DNA of 64,000 nt from Candidatus Saccharimonadia bacterium (GCA_046597065.1 JBKJLI010000003.1:2807-66806), one strand, 5' to 3'. Positions 38,057-49,155 are shown, counted from the stretch's first letter. Notes: generated by a model from the letters alone, not told the origin. Numbers and translations: made by a program.

Positions 38057-39010
38057 ATGTCGATCCCATCCCCAGTGTTTTGGAATAAGAAAAAAGTGCT
38101 TGTTACCGGCGGTAGCGGGTTTCTTGGCTCACGCTTGGTCGCTGAGTTGAATAAGCTTGGAGCCAATGTCTTCGCCCCGAGCCACAGCGAGTTCGATCTA
38201 GTGCATGAAGATCAAATTAAAAAAATGTACGCCAAATACCCCGAAATTGATACCGTTATTCATTTGGCGGCTGTTGTCGGTGGTATTGGCGCTAATCGGG
38301 AGCACCCCGGGTCGTTTATGTACGACAATCTCATGATGGGCACCCAGCTATTACATCAAGCTTATGTCAATAATATCCCCAAGTTTGTTGCTCTAGGAAC
38401 CGTTTGTGCTTACCCAAAACACACACCGGTACCCTTTAAAGAAGATGACCTCTGGAACGGCTACCCAGAAGAGACTAATGCTCCATACGGCCTGGCGAAA
38501 AAAATGATGCTTGTCCAAAGCCAGGGTTACCGAGAAGAGTATGGATATAACTCCATATTTCTGTTGCCGGTAAATCTTTATGGTCCTGGAGACAATTTTA
38601 ACCCGTCTAGCTCGCATGTTATACCTGCCTTAATCAAGAAGTGTGTTGATGCCGTTGAAAATAATCAAGACGAGATTGAGGTTTGGGGTGACGGATCAGC
38701 CAGTCGTGAATTTCTATACGTTGATGATGCCGTACGCGGCATAATTCTTTCAGCTGAGAAATATAATAAAAGTGAGCCAGTAAACCTTGGATCTGCCTTT
38801 GAACTAACTATTAAGCAGTTAGTGGATATTATCACTAGGGAAACTGGGTTTAAGGGAAAGGTTGTTTGGGATACTTCAAAGCCAAATGGACAACCTAGAC
38901 GTAAACTCGATGTATCTCGCGCCAAGAATGAGTTCGGTTTTCTCTCAAAGATCAGCTTCGACGAGGGCTTGAGCAAGACGATTGATTGGTACAAAAGGCA
39001 CCAGAGTTGA
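38057..39010 (+). CDS. fcl: GDP-L-fucose synthase (GDP-4-keto-6-deoxy-D-mannose 3,5-epimerase/4-reductase)
   Basis: Rossmann motif [10 protein letters not shown], catalytic Y..K (APYGLAKK), and blocks [53 protein letters not shown] closely matching Fcl. An extended -10 (TGGTAGAAT) lies upstream. Confidence 0.85.
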   Translation: MSIPSPVFWNKKKVLVTGGSGFLGSRLVAELNKLGANVFAPSHSEFDLVHEDQIKKMYAKYPEIDTVIHLAAVVGGIGANREHPGSFMYDNLMMGTQLLHQAYVNNIPKFVALGTVCAYPKHTPVPFKEDDLWNGYPEETNAPYGLAKKMMLVQSQGYREEYGYNSIFLLPVNLYGPGDNFNPSSSHVIPALIKKCVDAVENNQDEIEVWGDGSASREFLYVDDAVRGIILSAEKYNKSEPVNLGSAFELTIKQLVDIITRETGFKGKVVWDTSKPNGQPRRKLDVSRAKNEFGFLSKISFDEGLSKTIDWYKRHQS

Positions 39011-39828
39011 GCACAACTATCATAAGGCCAAGCCGTAAGCTAACAATTGACCTAGCTGAGCTTTGGCGATACCGAGAATTGTTCTACTATTTTGCCTGGC
39101 GTGACATTAAGGTGCGCTACAAGCAAACGGCTATTGGTGCAGGCTGGGCCATCTTTCAACCTTTCATCACAATGGTTGTCTTTACGCTATTTTTTAATAA
39201 AGTTGCAGGCATTCAGGCAAACGGCGCCATACCATACGCTATTTTTTCGTACTCTGGATTATTGTTTTGGCAGTACTTTTCTAACGCTTTAACCCGTTCG
39301 AGCAATAGCCTGGTTGATAATCAGTCGGTAATAACAAAAATCTACTTCCCGCGGATTATCCCCCCCATTTCTAGCACCATTGTGGCTCTAATTGATTTTT
39401 TCTTTGCATTTTTAATTTACCTTGGCCTGCTTGTCTACTTCCAAATATCCCCTGGAGTAGTCGGCATTCTGTTGTTTATACCCGCAATTATTATTACCTT
39501 TATTGCGGCGGCCGGTTTGGGATTATATCTCGCGGCTCTCAACGTTAAGTATCGCGACGTCAAGCAGGCGCTGCCATTTTTTATTCAAACCGGGCTTTTT
39601 TTAACTCCCGTTATCTACCCTGTGTCTCTTGTGCCGGAAAAATACCAGTGGTTGCTGTACTTAAACCCGATGACTGGAGTTATTACTACAATTCGCCATA
39701 CTTCACTCCACGTTGGTGATCTCAATTGGGGTCTAGTTAGTATTTCAGTGATATCCGCTCTCCTGATGTTTGCATTTGGGCTGTACTACTTCAAGACTAA
39801 AGAACGTGAATTTGCGGACATAATATGA
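38986..39828 (+). CDS. ABC-2 type polysaccharide exporter permease (Wzm/TagG-like)
   Basis: 280 aa with 6 TM. N-terminal [24 protein letters not shown] block typical of Wzm/KpsM-type permeases. Confidence 0.8.
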   Translation: MVQKAPELSTTIIRPSRKLTIDLAELWRYRELFYYFAWRDIKVRYKQTAIGAGWAIFQPFITMVVFTLFFNKVAGIQANGAIPYAIFSYSGLLFWQYFSNALTRSSNSLVDNQSVITKIYFPRIIPPISSTIVALIDFFFAFLIYLGLLVYFQISPGVVGILLFIPAIIITFIAAAGLGLYLAALNVKYRDVKQALPFFIQTGLFLTPVIYPVSLVPEKYQWLLYLNPMTGVITTIRHTSLHVGDLNWGLVSISVISALLMFAFGLYYFKTKEREFADII

Positions 39829-41081
39829 CAGATCCAGTCGTTCAAATTAGCGGTCTGTCCAAGGTGTACCAAATTGGCCATGAGGACCAGGTTGATCGAG
39901 GATCCTTGCGAGAAGCGATTACTCGAACCCTTAAAAAGCCGAGCGAGCTTTTCACCGGCCACCGAGTAGCCCAAGAGAAATTCTGGGCTCTTAAAGATAT
40001 AGCCGTGGAGATCAACCGAGGTGATGTGGTTGGCCTGATTGGCAGAAATGGATCCGGCAAGTCAACCCTACTAAAAATACTGTCGCAGATTGTCGAGCCG
40101 TCTGAAGGAGAGGTAATACTCAACGGCAACAGCGCCAGCTTGCTTGAAGTTGGCACCGGTTTTCACCCTGAGCTCACCGGGCGCGAAAACATCTATTTTA
40201 ATGGTTCGATTTTAGGTATGAGTCGTAAAGAAATTGAAGCTAAATTTGCCGAAATTGTCGAGTTCTCGGAAATTGAAAGATTTCTCGACACACCGGTGAA
40301 GTTCTACTCTTCTGGTATGTACGTACGTCTAGCATTTGCGGTCGCGGCTCACCTTGAGCCCGATATCCTCATTGTCGACGAGGTGCTGGCGGTCGGTGAT
40401 GCTGCATTCCAACGTAAAAGCTTAGGCAAGATGCGTGACGCCACTCAAAATGCGCAACGTACGGTTATTTTTGTAAGCCACAGCATGGAATCCATTCAGA
40501 GTATTTGCAATAAGTGCATTTGGCTAGACTCTGGTAAGGTGATCGCCATGGGAGAAACCTCCAAAATAGTTGAGCGGTATATGTCGTCGTCAGGAGCACT
40601 CGAGCGCCCGGCGCTTAAAGATCGTACCGACCGCAGGGGTAATGGCGATGTTCGCCTAACAAGCCTAAAGGTACAAGACTCAATTCAAGAAGACAAGCGA
40701 GTTTCCCTGAACCTGCAGTTAAATAATCTAACATCAAGTGTGTTCAAGGATGCAAAGCTATCGATCGACATTTACGATGGTACGGGCGTCCACGTGAGCA
40801 ACCTCTTAAACTACACCGTCAAGCAGCAAGTGAACATTAAACCTGGCTCAAATAAGATTCAAATTGAAATAAGCAATTTCTGCCTAGCCCCCGGGCGCTA
40901 CAGTCTGAACGTTTTTATTGCGTCAGACCAATTAAATAAGAAGCTATTCGATTGGGTCGAAGATGCCTCCCAACTCTTGGTCCAGCCATATGATTTCTAC
41001 GGCACAGGTAGCGTCCCGAGCTTTAGTGGTAAGTTTGTATACTTAGACTATGATTACAAAGCTGAAAAACCGAGTCGGTAG
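39825..41081 (+). CDS. ABC polysaccharide exporter ATP-binding protein (Wzt/TagH-like) with ~170-aa C-terminal extension (candidate carbohydrate-binding domain)
   Basis: NBD with GRNGSGKST, LSGGM-like YSSGMYVRLAFAVAA, DEVLAVGD, H-loop SHSM. A predicted beta-rich C-terminal domain follows (RLTSLKVQDS...FVYLDYDY). Confidence 0.8.
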   Translation: MTDPVVQISGLSKVYQIGHEDQVDRGSLREAITRTLKKPSELFTGHRVAQEKFWALKDIAVEINRGDVVGLIGRNGSGKSTLLKILSQIVEPSEGEVILNGNSASLLEVGTGFHPELTGRENIYFNGSILGMSRKEIEAKFAEIVEFSEIERFLDTPVKFYSSGMYVRLAFAVAAHLEPDILIVDEVLAVGDAAFQRKSLGKMRDATQNAQRTVIFVSHSMESIQSICNKCIWLDSGKVIAMGETSKIVERYMSSSGALERPALKDRTDRRGNGDVRLTSLKVQDSIQEDKRVSLNLQLNNLTSSVFKDAKLSIDIYDGTGVHVSNLLNYTVKQQVNIKPGSNKIQIEISNFCLAPGRYSLNVFIASDQLNKKLFDWVEDASQLLVQPYDFYGTGSVPSFSGKFVYLDYDYKAEKPSR

Positions 41082-41742
41082 GCTTCTGTCTCGCCAAAAT
41101 ATCGGCAATGGTATTGTTTCCTATTCACAAGAAGGTGAAGATATGGTTCTCAGACGCTTTGTGGGCGACTCAGCAAAGGGCTTCTATATTGATATAGGAG
41201 CACACCATCCCTCGCTTTACTCAAATACAAACTACTTCTACCAAAGGGGTTGGAGCGGTATAAATATTGACGCAGACCCAACCCTAATGGAGGCATTTTC
41301 TAAATATAGAACCCGAGACATAAACCTAGCGGCTGGAGTGGCAACAGACTCTGGTGATCTTACTTTTTATATTTTTAATGATCGGGCCCTCAACACCTTT
41401 AACCCAGAATTGGCAAAAGAGCGCAGCGAGCTGGAGCATTATCACATAATTGAAGAAGTTAAGATAAAAGTACAACCCCTCGGGGCACTACTCGAAGCTC
41501 ACCTTCCCAAAGAACAATCAATTGACTTTATGTCTGTCGATACCGAAAGCTTAGATTTTGATGTCTTACGTTCAAATAACTGGGGAAAGTTCCGGCCAAG
41601 ATATATCTTGGTTGAGTGCTTGGAAATAAATGATTTGAGTAAAATTGCTCGTGATCCGATAGCGATATTTTTGACTGAAAAGAATTACAAGCCCGTTGCA
41701 AAAACTCTTTATACGGTTCTCTTTGAGGACTGCAAAAAGTGA
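41050..41742 (+). CDS. FkbM-family SAM-dependent methyltransferase
   Basis: GFYIDIGAHHPSLYSNT...GINIDADP...LTFYIFN matches the FkbM domain core. The start is probably an internal ATG. Confidence 0.6.
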   Translation: MITKLKNRVGRLLSRQNIGNGIVSYSQEGEDMVLRRFVGDSAKGFYIDIGAHHPSLYSNTNYFYQRGWSGINIDADPTLMEAFSKYRTRDINLAAGVATDSGDLTFYIFNDRALNTFNPELAKERSELEHYHIIEEVKIKVQPLGALLEAHLPKEQSIDFMSVDTESLDFDVLRSNNWGKFRPRYILVECLEINDLSKIARDPIAIFLTEKNYKPVAKTLYTVLFEDCKK

Positions 41743-43304
41743 CGCAGCCACCAGTCGCATTATTTGTGTTCAACCGCTATGAAAAGCTACCCGAAACTTT
41801 GGCCTGCCTTAAGCACAATAAAATCACTAAATTATATATATTTTGCGATGGCGCCAGAGATGCCAAAGATGAGTCTGCGATCACCAAAGTGCGTGCTCAC
41901 ATAAAAAATATTACGTGGATTAAACCAACTATTGTTGAGCATCAAAAAAATCTTGGGCTGAGCGAGTCTATTGAGTTTGGCCTTGCCCGAATTTTCAGAC
42001 AACATGACCGGGTGGTGGTGGTTGAGGACGACGTATGTGTTGCGCCAGGGTTTTATCAATATATATCTGAGGCTCTTGAATTATATAAAGATAAAAGTGA
42101 TGTTGCCGGGGTAACGGGCCTCCGCTATCCGTTCGACCAAGAAGGTCTCAACGGATACCCATTCACCGCCTTTTTTGCCCCCCGATTTTCTTCTTGGGGT
42201 TGGGGCACGTGGAGAAGGTTCTGGCATAGTCGAACTCTTAGCAGCCAAGTATTGGCCAAGCAAATATCAAACCAAAATCTGAAACTTGATACTGGTGGTA
42301 GCGACATGATTGCAACTTTCAACGGCTACCTTAGTGGCTCCCTTAAGGGGTCATGGGATGTCTGCTGTGCCGCAAATATGCTCGTAAACCAACAATACTT
42401 TGTTTGGCCGAGCTGGAATATGGTGAGAAATACTGGGCTGTTGGGTGGTACTCACTCAAGCGAACATTTGCCCGGTTGGGAACTCCGCTGGGAAGGCGCA
42501 CCAAAAAGCTTGAAACTCCCCCGCCAGATCAGCGTTAATGATAAAATTATGACAGAGTTTTTAGACTTCTTCGCCGAGATTAAACCAAAAGGAGACCACA
42601 TGACATCACGGGTACGAACATTGGGTGGCAAAGTTAAGAGAAGGTTGATAGGAATGCGGCCCGAAAAGGCCAACAAGCCCCACCCGTCAGAATATACTAC
42701 GACCGACGGCCCCATGGAAGTGCCGGTGCAAATCGAAGCTTATTTTATCGCTCTCAATAACTATATAACCGAGGGTGATAGCGTATTGGATGTTGGCAGC
42801 GGCTTGGGTTATGGACTCAACCTGCTTTCAATCAAGTCGGGTTCGGTGGCGGGCGTAGACATTGATGAAAAAGCTATTGCTTACACAAAGTCTCACTATT
42901 GGGGCAGGAATCCAAAACTAAAGGAATTAAAAGTGTACGACGGATATCATCTACCCTATAAAGATAAGTCATTTGACGTAATCACCACTATTGACGTCTT
43001 AGAGCATGTTGAGGACTATGACGCATACATTGATGAGTTACTAAGAGTTGCCAGAAAGGCAGTGATAGTTAGCACTCCTAACCGCCGAGAGGAGCATACA
43101 AACCCCGACGGTACACCAAAAAATCATTGGCATCTGCGTGAATGGTCGCGAGCGGAGCTGGATGAAATTTTGCGGCGGCATGACGTGGGCATTGAATGGC
43201 ACCACGTAAATGGCCCGTGGGAAGGCCCATTTACGGTGACTAAAGAATTAGCTGCAGACACGATGACATTAACCCCCGTGCTTTTACCCAAGAGCAAGTC
43301 GTAG
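41739..43304 (+). CDS. Bifunctional protein: N-terminal glycosyltransferase-like domain fused to C-terminal class I SAM-dependent methyltransferase
   Basis: N-domain has a DxD-like acidic motif (VVVVEDDVCV) in a GT-A-like context. C-domain has SAM motif I VLDVGSGLGYG and motif II/III (VITTIDVLEHV). Confidence 0.5.
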   Translation: MTQPPVALFVFNRYEKLPETLACLKHNKITKLYIFCDGARDAKDESAITKVRAHIKNITWIKPTIVEHQKNLGLSESIEFGLARIFRQHDRVVVVEDDVCVAPGFYQYISEALELYKDKSDVAGVTGLRYPFDQEGLNGYPFTAFFAPRFSSWGWGTWRRFWHSRTLSSQVLAKQISNQNLKLDTGGSDMIATFNGYLSGSLKGSWDVCCAANMLVNQQYFVWPSWNMVRNTGLLGGTHSSEHLPGWELRWEGAPKSLKLPRQISVNDKIMTEFLDFFAEIKPKGDHMTSRVRTLGGKVKRRLIGMRPEKANKPHPSEYTTTDGPMEVPVQIEAYFIALNNYITEGDSVLDVGSGLGYGLNLLSIKSGSVAGVDIDEKAIAYTKSHYWGRNPKLKELKVYDGYHLPYKDKSFDVITTIDVLEHVEDYDAYIDELLRVARKAVIVSTPNRREEHTNPDGTPKNHWHLREWSRAELDEILRRHDVGIEWHHVNGPWEGPFTVTKELAADTMTLTPVLLPKSKS

Positions 43305-43306
43305 AT

Positions 43307-43987
43307 ATGGCGTACAAGCAAAACTTGGGCGACATGATGGTAAAACCAGACGGTTATTATGCCAATATCCGCAATGAGATGCTGCCCTACATCCCCAAAA
43401 ACCCTAAGCGCGTTTTAGAAATTGGCTGTGGGGAGGGATTATTCGGAGAAAAGCTTAAGGAACTATATGGTTGCGAGGTTTGGGGGATTGAATTATTCCC
43501 CGAGTCAGCCGCAGTTGCCAAAAAGAATCTTAATAAAGTATTGGTCGGCGATGTAGCGGTAGCTATTGATAAGCTGCCTAATAACTATTTTGACTGCGTG
43601 GTGTGCAACGACGTTTTAGAACATCTTGAGGATCCCTATAGCGTGATCGAGCGGCTCAGAGCCAACCTTGTTAAGGGCGGCGTTATTGTTAGTTCAATAC
43701 CCAATGTTAGATACTTCCATAACCTTTATTCATTAATAATGGCGAAGGAGTGGGAGTACCAGGATGCTGGCATCCTAGACAAGACTCATTTGCGATTTTT
43801 TACTATTAACAGTATTCGAAACATGTTCACTCGACACGGTTATGACGTAATAAGTCTCGAGGGGATTAACCCGATGACCCAATTCCCCTGGGAGTATCGA
43901 GTAGCAAACATCCTCTTTAGGGGTAAGTTAGCCGACACTAAGTTTATGCAGTTTGCTTGCGTCGCCCAAAAAAGTGATGCTAGTTAA
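43307..43987 (+). CDS. Class I SAM-dependent methyltransferase
   Basis: VLEIGCGEGLFG (motif I), CVVCNDVLEHLEDP (motif II/III region). Confidence 0.7.
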   Translation: MAYKQNLGDMMVKPDGYYANIRNEMLPYIPKNPKRVLEIGCGEGLFGEKLKELYGCEVWGIELFPESAAVAKKNLNKVLVGDVAVAIDKLPNNYFDCVVCNDVLEHLEDPYSVIERLRANLVKGGVIVSSIPNVRYFHNLYSLIMAKEWEYQDAGILDKTHLRFFTINSIRNMFTRHGYDVISLEGINPMTQFPWEYRVANILFRGKLADTKFMQFACVAQKSDAS

Positions 43988-44783
43988 AAGCCGGTTGCGC
44001 CGCTGGTTCCCCCGGAGATCTATCGGCAATAAGCTGGTAAGGTTTGCTCGCGGCAAATCCGCTACGGCTGTTCGCCCAGTTGATTTTCAAAAAAATATTG
44101 AGGTAATAATTCCCTGCTACAACCATGCCTCAAACTTGGGTGAAGCCTACCGCAGCATTCTAGGCCAAACCTGGAGGGACCCAATCTCAATAACACTAAT
44201 AGACGATAACTCAACCGATAACACTTGGGATGAAATAAAGCGCCTAACATCAACTACTAAAAATCCCCGCATTCACATTAAGATCATTAAAAACACTTCT
44301 AATTTAAGACAATGGGGTTCGCTAAATAAAGCAATTGCCGATTCTTCTAATCAATTAATTATCGTTTTAAATGATGATGATATGTTGGTACAAGATGCCA
44401 TTGAAAAAATTGTGACTGCATTTGATTCCAGGCACGATGTTTACATGGTTGGGGGCTCAAGCATATGGTTTGATGGCCAAACTAATACTGCCCACGAGCC
44501 ACTTCCATTTGAAAAACTTAATCTAGTGATAGCGGAACCCCACCTTGTTGAAGGCTACATCGAACTTAATGATTTAAATATGACCCACAGCTCCTGTGCT
44601 TTTATGCGCGTTGCCTGGGAAGCTGTTGGCGGGTACTACCCAAAGCATAAGCGTATTAGCCCTCAAGCCAATGAGGATCGCGACTTTCAGATGAGAGTAA
44701 ATTCACTGTTTTGCGTGGGGGTGTTTAAGGATTACCCGCTGGCTTTTTGGCGAACAGACAGCTCGCACGGCAAGGATTTTTGA
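43953..44783 (+). CDS. GT2-family glycosyltransferase
   Basis: IEVIIPCYNHASNLGEAYRSILGQTW...ITLIDDNSTDNT and a later NDDDM (DxD) motif. The biological start is probably an internal codon, because the track ORF overlaps the upstream gene. Confidence 0.7.
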   Translation: MLASPKKVMLVKSRLRRWFPRRSIGNKLVRFARGKSATAVRPVDFQKNIEVIIPCYNHASNLGEAYRSILGQTWRDPISITLIDDNSTDNTWDEIKRLTSTTKNPRIHIKIIKNTSNLRQWGSLNKAIADSSNQLIIVLNDDDMLVQDAIEKIVTAFDSRHDVYMVGGSSIWFDGQTNTAHEPLPFEKLNLVIAEPHLVEGYIELNDLNMTHSSCAFMRVAWEAVGGYYPKHKRISPQANEDRDFQMRVNSLFCVGVFKDYPLAFWRTDSSHGKDF

Positions 44784-45970
44784 TGCTACTGATACGAATC
44801 ATACAAAAAACGCGGTTGTGGGCATTCGCCTGGCGATATGGTGTACAAATTGAAGAAAATGATCCGCCACGAGTCATTCATTACTCTACGCGCAAAGTAG
44901 ACCCTGCGGCTAAGTATGCGCTGCTAGCTTACCTTTCAGTGCCAATAATAGAAAATATGGCTGGCATTAAGGCGCGCGCCTTCAGCAACTATGGCCTGGC
45001 TGTGAGCTGGGCTAATGCCCTGACCCGGCTTGGCTATGTTGTTGATATTATTAATTGGGACGATACTGCTTTTGTCCCAAGGCAGAAATATGATTTGTTT
45101 GTTGCCCACGGTGCCAAGAATTTTTCATCAATTTACCAGAAGATGCCCAAGAAAATGAAGACTATATACTTTTCAACTGGCAGTTATTGGCGTTTCCATA
45201 ATGTCGAAGAAAAAAAACGCTTTAAGTACTTCAAAGATCGTCATGGCCGCACCCTCCCCCTCGACCGCTACATTTATGAAAGCGAGGAAGCGGCTAATAA
45301 AATGGCTGACGGTATTATTTGTCTTGGAAACCAAGCTCTAGCGGAAACCTATAAATCCTTTCATGGTGTTTACGCCCTGCCAATAGGCAGTTTTGCTGAA
45401 AACAAGAGTCTGCCCCAAAAAGATTTTGTTAAAGCCAGAGAAAACTTCCTGTTTTTTAGTGGTGGTGGCAACGTACATAAGGGACTTGATTTACTAATTG
45501 ATGCCTTCACGGATAGCGACCTGCACCTCTACATCGCTACCCGTCTTGACCCTGAGTTTGAGCGGTTTTACCAGAAACAACTTTACTCAACAAACAATAT
45601 TCATTACGAAGGATTTGTAAGCATTGGTTCAGACCGTTTTTACAAGCTGATTAATAAGTGTGGTTTCGTAATACTGCCCTCATCAAGCGAGGGATCCCCA
45701 GGGTCGGTCGTTGACTGTATGCAGCGTGGTTTGATCCCGATAGTTACTACCAATGCACATCTTGATGTTGAGCCCTTCGGTTACACCATCAAAACTACTA
45801 GCGTTGATGGTATCCGTGATTTGGTAAGAAAGGTTAGTCAGCTTCGGCCAGATAAGCTGTTGCTCCAGTCTACTGCATCAAAACAAACTGCTATTACCCG
45901 ACACTCTATAACTAAATTCGAAGACACGTTGAGAAACTATATTTCAGCGGTCGCCGGGGGTAGAAAATGA
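44747..45970 (+). CDS. GT-B fold glycosyltransferase (GT4-like)
   Basis: C-terminal half contains the nucleotide-sugar binding pattern (FFSGGGNVHKGLDLLIDAF...GFVILPSSSEGSPGSVVDCMQRGLIPIV). The N-terminal start is uncertain. Confidence 0.5.
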   Translation: MANRQLARQGFLMLLIRIIQKTRLWAFAWRYGVQIEENDPPRVIHYSTRKVDPAAKYALLAYLSVPIIENMAGIKARAFSNYGLAVSWANALTRLGYVVDIINWDDTAFVPRQKYDLFVAHGAKNFSSIYQKMPKKMKTIYFSTGSYWRFHNVEEKKRFKYFKDRHGRTLPLDRYIYESEEAANKMADGIICLGNQALAETYKSFHGVYALPIGSFAENKSLPQKDFVKARENFLFFSGGGNVHKGLDLLIDAFTDSDLHLYIATRLDPEFERFYQKQLYSTNNIHYEGFVSIGSDRFYKLINKCGFVILPSSSEGSPGSVVDCMQRGLIPIVTTNAHLDVEPFGYTIKTTSVDGIRDLVRKVSQLRPDKLLLQSTASKQTAITRHSITKFEDTLRNYISAVAGGRK

Positions 45971-47103
45971 CAATTGGTTTAGTGGCCCTGACCTACGAGC
46001 CCGGTACTGCCGGCGGTATTGAAACCTATTTCCTAGATCTTGTACGCACACTTCAAGAAATTGATAAAACAAATAAATATATCATTTTCACTCGCCCGCA
46101 TGTCAAAAATAAAATAAAAATTACCAATCGCAAATGGCAGGTAGTTGGGATAGCTGACAGCTGGTATATGAAAGTCGCCCGAAAATTACGCATATCGCGT
46201 CTGTGGCCAGGGCTAAGCGAGGCTGGATTGGTTAACCAGCATAATTGCGCAATAATCCACTTTCCTTTCCAGGTTATCTACCCCCATAACCTACGGGGGC
46301 CAAAGGTTTTATCGTTTATGGATATGCAGCAAGAATTCTATCCAGAATTTTTTACAAAGGAAGATTTAACGGCCAGGCGCCAGGCATACCGATCGTCCTG
46401 TGAGGAAGCCGACCATATCATTGCGATCTCTGATCACACTAAATCGACTTTGGTAGACTGCTATAATCAAAGCCCGGCTAAAGTTTCCGTTGTACACCTG
46501 GCGTATAACGCGCATCTTTATGGCAAAAAGTCGATTGCGGCCGGGCCCAAGCTTAAGTTGCCTTACTTTTACTACCCAGCTGCCAGTTGGCCCCACAAGA
46601 ACCATGGGCGGTTACTCGAAGCTTTCGCTCTAGTGTTAAAAAAACGCCCCGAATTCTCGCTGGTACTGTCAGGTATTAAGAAACGAGATGACGGGATTAT
46701 TTCAAGAGAAGCCCAGAAGCTAGGCATCGAGCATAAGGTAACCCAGCTAGGATATCTACCATACGAACAACTCCCCGACGTCTACCGGCACGCAACGGCT
46801 CTTGTCTTTCCCTCGCTTTTTGAGGGTTTTGGAATCCCATTACTTGAGGCCATGGCTTCATCGTGTCCGGTGGCGGCCTCAAATTCCACCTCAATACCAG
46901 AGATTGCGGGCGACGCCGCCGCCTACTTTGATCCTATGGATGTATCAGACATTGCTGATAAAATGGTTAGGCTAGCGACCAATCCCGGTCTTAGAAATAG
47001 GCTAATTCGTGCTGGATTAAAACATATGGAGCTTTTTTCAGATGAGAAAATGGCGACTCAGACACTTAATATTTATGTGCAAGTAGGAGCTCAAGATGCA
47101 TAA
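45967..47103 (+). CDS. GT4-family glycosyltransferase
   Basis: EX7E motif region FPSLFEGFGIPLLEAMASSCPVAASNSTSIPEIAGDAA. Confidence 0.8.
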   Translation: MTIGLVALTYEPGTAGGIETYFLDLVRTLQEIDKTNKYIIFTRPHVKNKIKITNRKWQVVGIADSWYMKVARKLRISRLWPGLSEAGLVNQHNCAIIHFPFQVIYPHNLRGPKVLSFMDMQQEFYPEFFTKEDLTARRQAYRSSCEEADHIIAISDHTKSTLVDCYNQSPAKVSVVHLAYNAHLYGKKSIAAGPKLKLPYFYYPAASWPHKNHGRLLEAFALVLKKRPEFSLVLSGIKKRDDGIISREAQKLGIEHKVTQLGYLPYEQLPDVYRHATALVFPSLFEGFGIPLLEAMASSCPVAASNSTSIPEIAGDAAAYFDPMDVSDIADKMVRLATNPGLRNRLIRAGLKHMELFSDEKMATQTLNIYVQVGAQDA

Positions 47104-48019
47104 AAAAACGCCCAGCTTGGCGCTTGTAACGCCAGTGTTCAATCGTAAGAATTACACTAAAAGATTTTTGACCTCATTGAACTCTCAAACCTATCGAGAT
47201 TTTGTCGTCATCATTACTGACGACGGCTCTAGCGATGGCACCTCAGGCATGATTAAAGAACTTTTTCCAGATGTAATCCTATTAACTGGTGATGGTAATT
47301 TATGGTGGTCGGGTGGCACAAACTTGGCAGCCAAGCACGCTATTGCGCTTGGGATCCCCCTCATACTCACTATTAATGATGATATTGAGCTGCCTGATGA
47401 TTACCTCGAAAATATTATGGCTTGTGGTAAAAAAAATCCCCATGCGTTAATTGGATCAAAAGTATGTTACAGAGATGACCCCAAGCGTGTATGGTACTTT
47501 GGCGCAAAATTTAGCACTAAAACTGGTGATATGGCCCACATTACGGGTCAAGATAGCGACTTTACCAAAACGGCCGCCTCGGAGTGGTTGACGGGGATGG
47601 GGGTGCTAATCCCGGCTGATGTTTTTAATAAAGTAGGATATTTTAATCGCTCTGAATTTCCCCAGTACTTTGGCGACGCTGAATTTTCGGTTAGGGCAAA
47701 AAATGCCGGATACGGTCTACTGGTCTGTCCGGATGCTCGAATTTATGCTGATGTCAGTGCCCAATGGGTGCTCAATCAGATATCTAAGCCGACTCTGCGT
47801 TTCCCGATAGAGCTGCTTACCTCTATCAGATCTCCCTACCAGCTAAAAACTAGGCTCCTATTCTACCGGCGACACTGGCCAAGACACTGGCAACTATCGG
47901 CATTAAAACTTTACGGCTGGACTTTAAAAGGTCTCTATATTAGTTATTTTGCAGCCTACATTAAAAAATTCCTGGGGATTAAGTCCTTTAAAGGGCTTTT
48001 CAATCGGGAGCAAAGATGA
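47096..48019 (+). CDS. GT2-family glycosyltransferase
   Basis: LALVTPVFNRKNYTKRFLTSLNSQTYRDFVVIITDDGSSDGT. DxD-like INDDIEL. Confidence 0.8.
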   Translation: MHKKTPSLALVTPVFNRKNYTKRFLTSLNSQTYRDFVVIITDDGSSDGTSGMIKELFPDVILLTGDGNLWWSGGTNLAAKHAIALGIPLILTINDDIELPDDYLENIMACGKKNPHALIGSKVCYRDDPKRVWYFGAKFSTKTGDMAHITGQDSDFTKTAASEWLTGMGVLIPADVFNKVGYFNRSEFPQYFGDAEFSVRAKNAGYGLLVCPDARIYADVSAQWVLNQISKPTLRFPIELLTSIRSPYQLKTRLLFYRRHWPRHWQLSALKLYGWTLKGLYISYFAAYIKKFLGIKSFKGLFNREQR

Positions 48020-49155
48020 GAGTCGCGATTGAAGCGAGTATACTGACGCGCGACCTTAAAACCGGCACGTACCATTATTTGCGCAATCTACTGGAACCAC
48101 TAAGCACCCATGGTGGTGGCAATACTTACTCCCTGTTCTACTTTAGGACTAGACACGCCCTTGAGCTTGGAGCGGCTACTGGAAAGTTTAAGTCACATCT
48201 CATATGGTGGTTCCCAAGAAGATTATATAACTTGCTTTTGCGTACGCCCTTTGCCCCGCCAATCGACCTATTGGCTGGGATAAAAGCTGATGTTTATATA
48301 TTTCCAGCATTTGTTAGATGGCCGCTGCTTTGGAACCAGAAGTCCATTGTTATCATCTACGACCTTAGTTTTATTACTTCTCAAAAAACTCAGCTGTCCT
48401 GGTTTAACTGGTATCTTAACCGGGCGGTTCCAAAATCCGTCAAGAAAGCCACCAGGGTTATAACTATATCTAAAAATAGTGAGCGAGAAATAATTGAGAA
48501 TCTGGGTGTAGACCCAACAAAAATTAGTGTGATAACTCCGGCAGTCGATCATGGAGTATATCGACCAGCAACCAGTCCAGAGGTCGCCGCGGTTAAGCAA
48601 AAATATGGTATTAAGAGTAAATACATTCTGTTTCTAGGGACCCTCGAACCGAGAAAAAATGTGACCGGTATCATTGAAGCGTATCGCTTGCTACGCCCTG
48701 AAATAAAGAAGCAGTACCAGCTGGTGTTGGCGGGTGGAAAGGGTTGGCTCGATGGAACGATACTTGATTTAATCAATCAGCTGCCTCGTGAGCAGGTTGT
48801 GAAAACCGATTACGTTGAAGAGGCAGACGTACCGGCACTATACTCGGGGAGCTCTGTGTTTGTTTATCCCTCACTTTACGAAGGCTGGGGGATGCAAGTA
48901 CTTGAGGCCATGGCGTGCGGGGTGCCAGTGGTTACGGCAAATAACTCCTCGCTACCTGAGGTTGCCAGTGACGCCGCTATCTTAGTTGAAGCAACAGACA
49001 CCTTGGCAATTTCCAAAGCAATCAATAAAGTCATAACTGACCCCGCCCTAGCAGCAGCTATGCGAGCAAAGGGTATTGCCCACGCCAAAAAGTTTACCTG
49101 GGAGGATAGCGCAGAAAAACTAAAAGCGGTTATAGAGCAAGTCGACAAGCAGTAA
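48016..49155 (+). CDS. GT4-family glycosyltransferase
   Basis: YPSLYEGWGMQVLEAMACGVPVVTANNSSLPEVASDAA (EX7E). Confidence 0.8.
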   Translation: MRVAIEASILTRDLKTGTYHYLRNLLEPLSTHGGGNTYSLFYFRTRHALELGAATGKFKSHLIWWFPRRLYNLLLRTPFAPPIDLLAGIKADVYIFPAFVRWPLLWNQKSIVIIYDLSFITSQKTQLSWFNWYLNRAVPKSVKKATRVITISKNSEREIIENLGVDPTKISVITPAVDHGVYRPATSPEVAAVKQKYGIKSKYILFLGTLEPRKNVTGIIEAYRLLRPEIKKQYQLVLAGGKGWLDGTILDLINQLPREQVVKTDYVEEADVPALYSGSSVFVYPSLYEGWGMQVLEAMACGVPVVTANNSSLPEVASDAAILVEATDTLAISKAINKVITDPALAAAMRAKGIAHAKKFTWEDSAEKLKAVIEQVDKQ

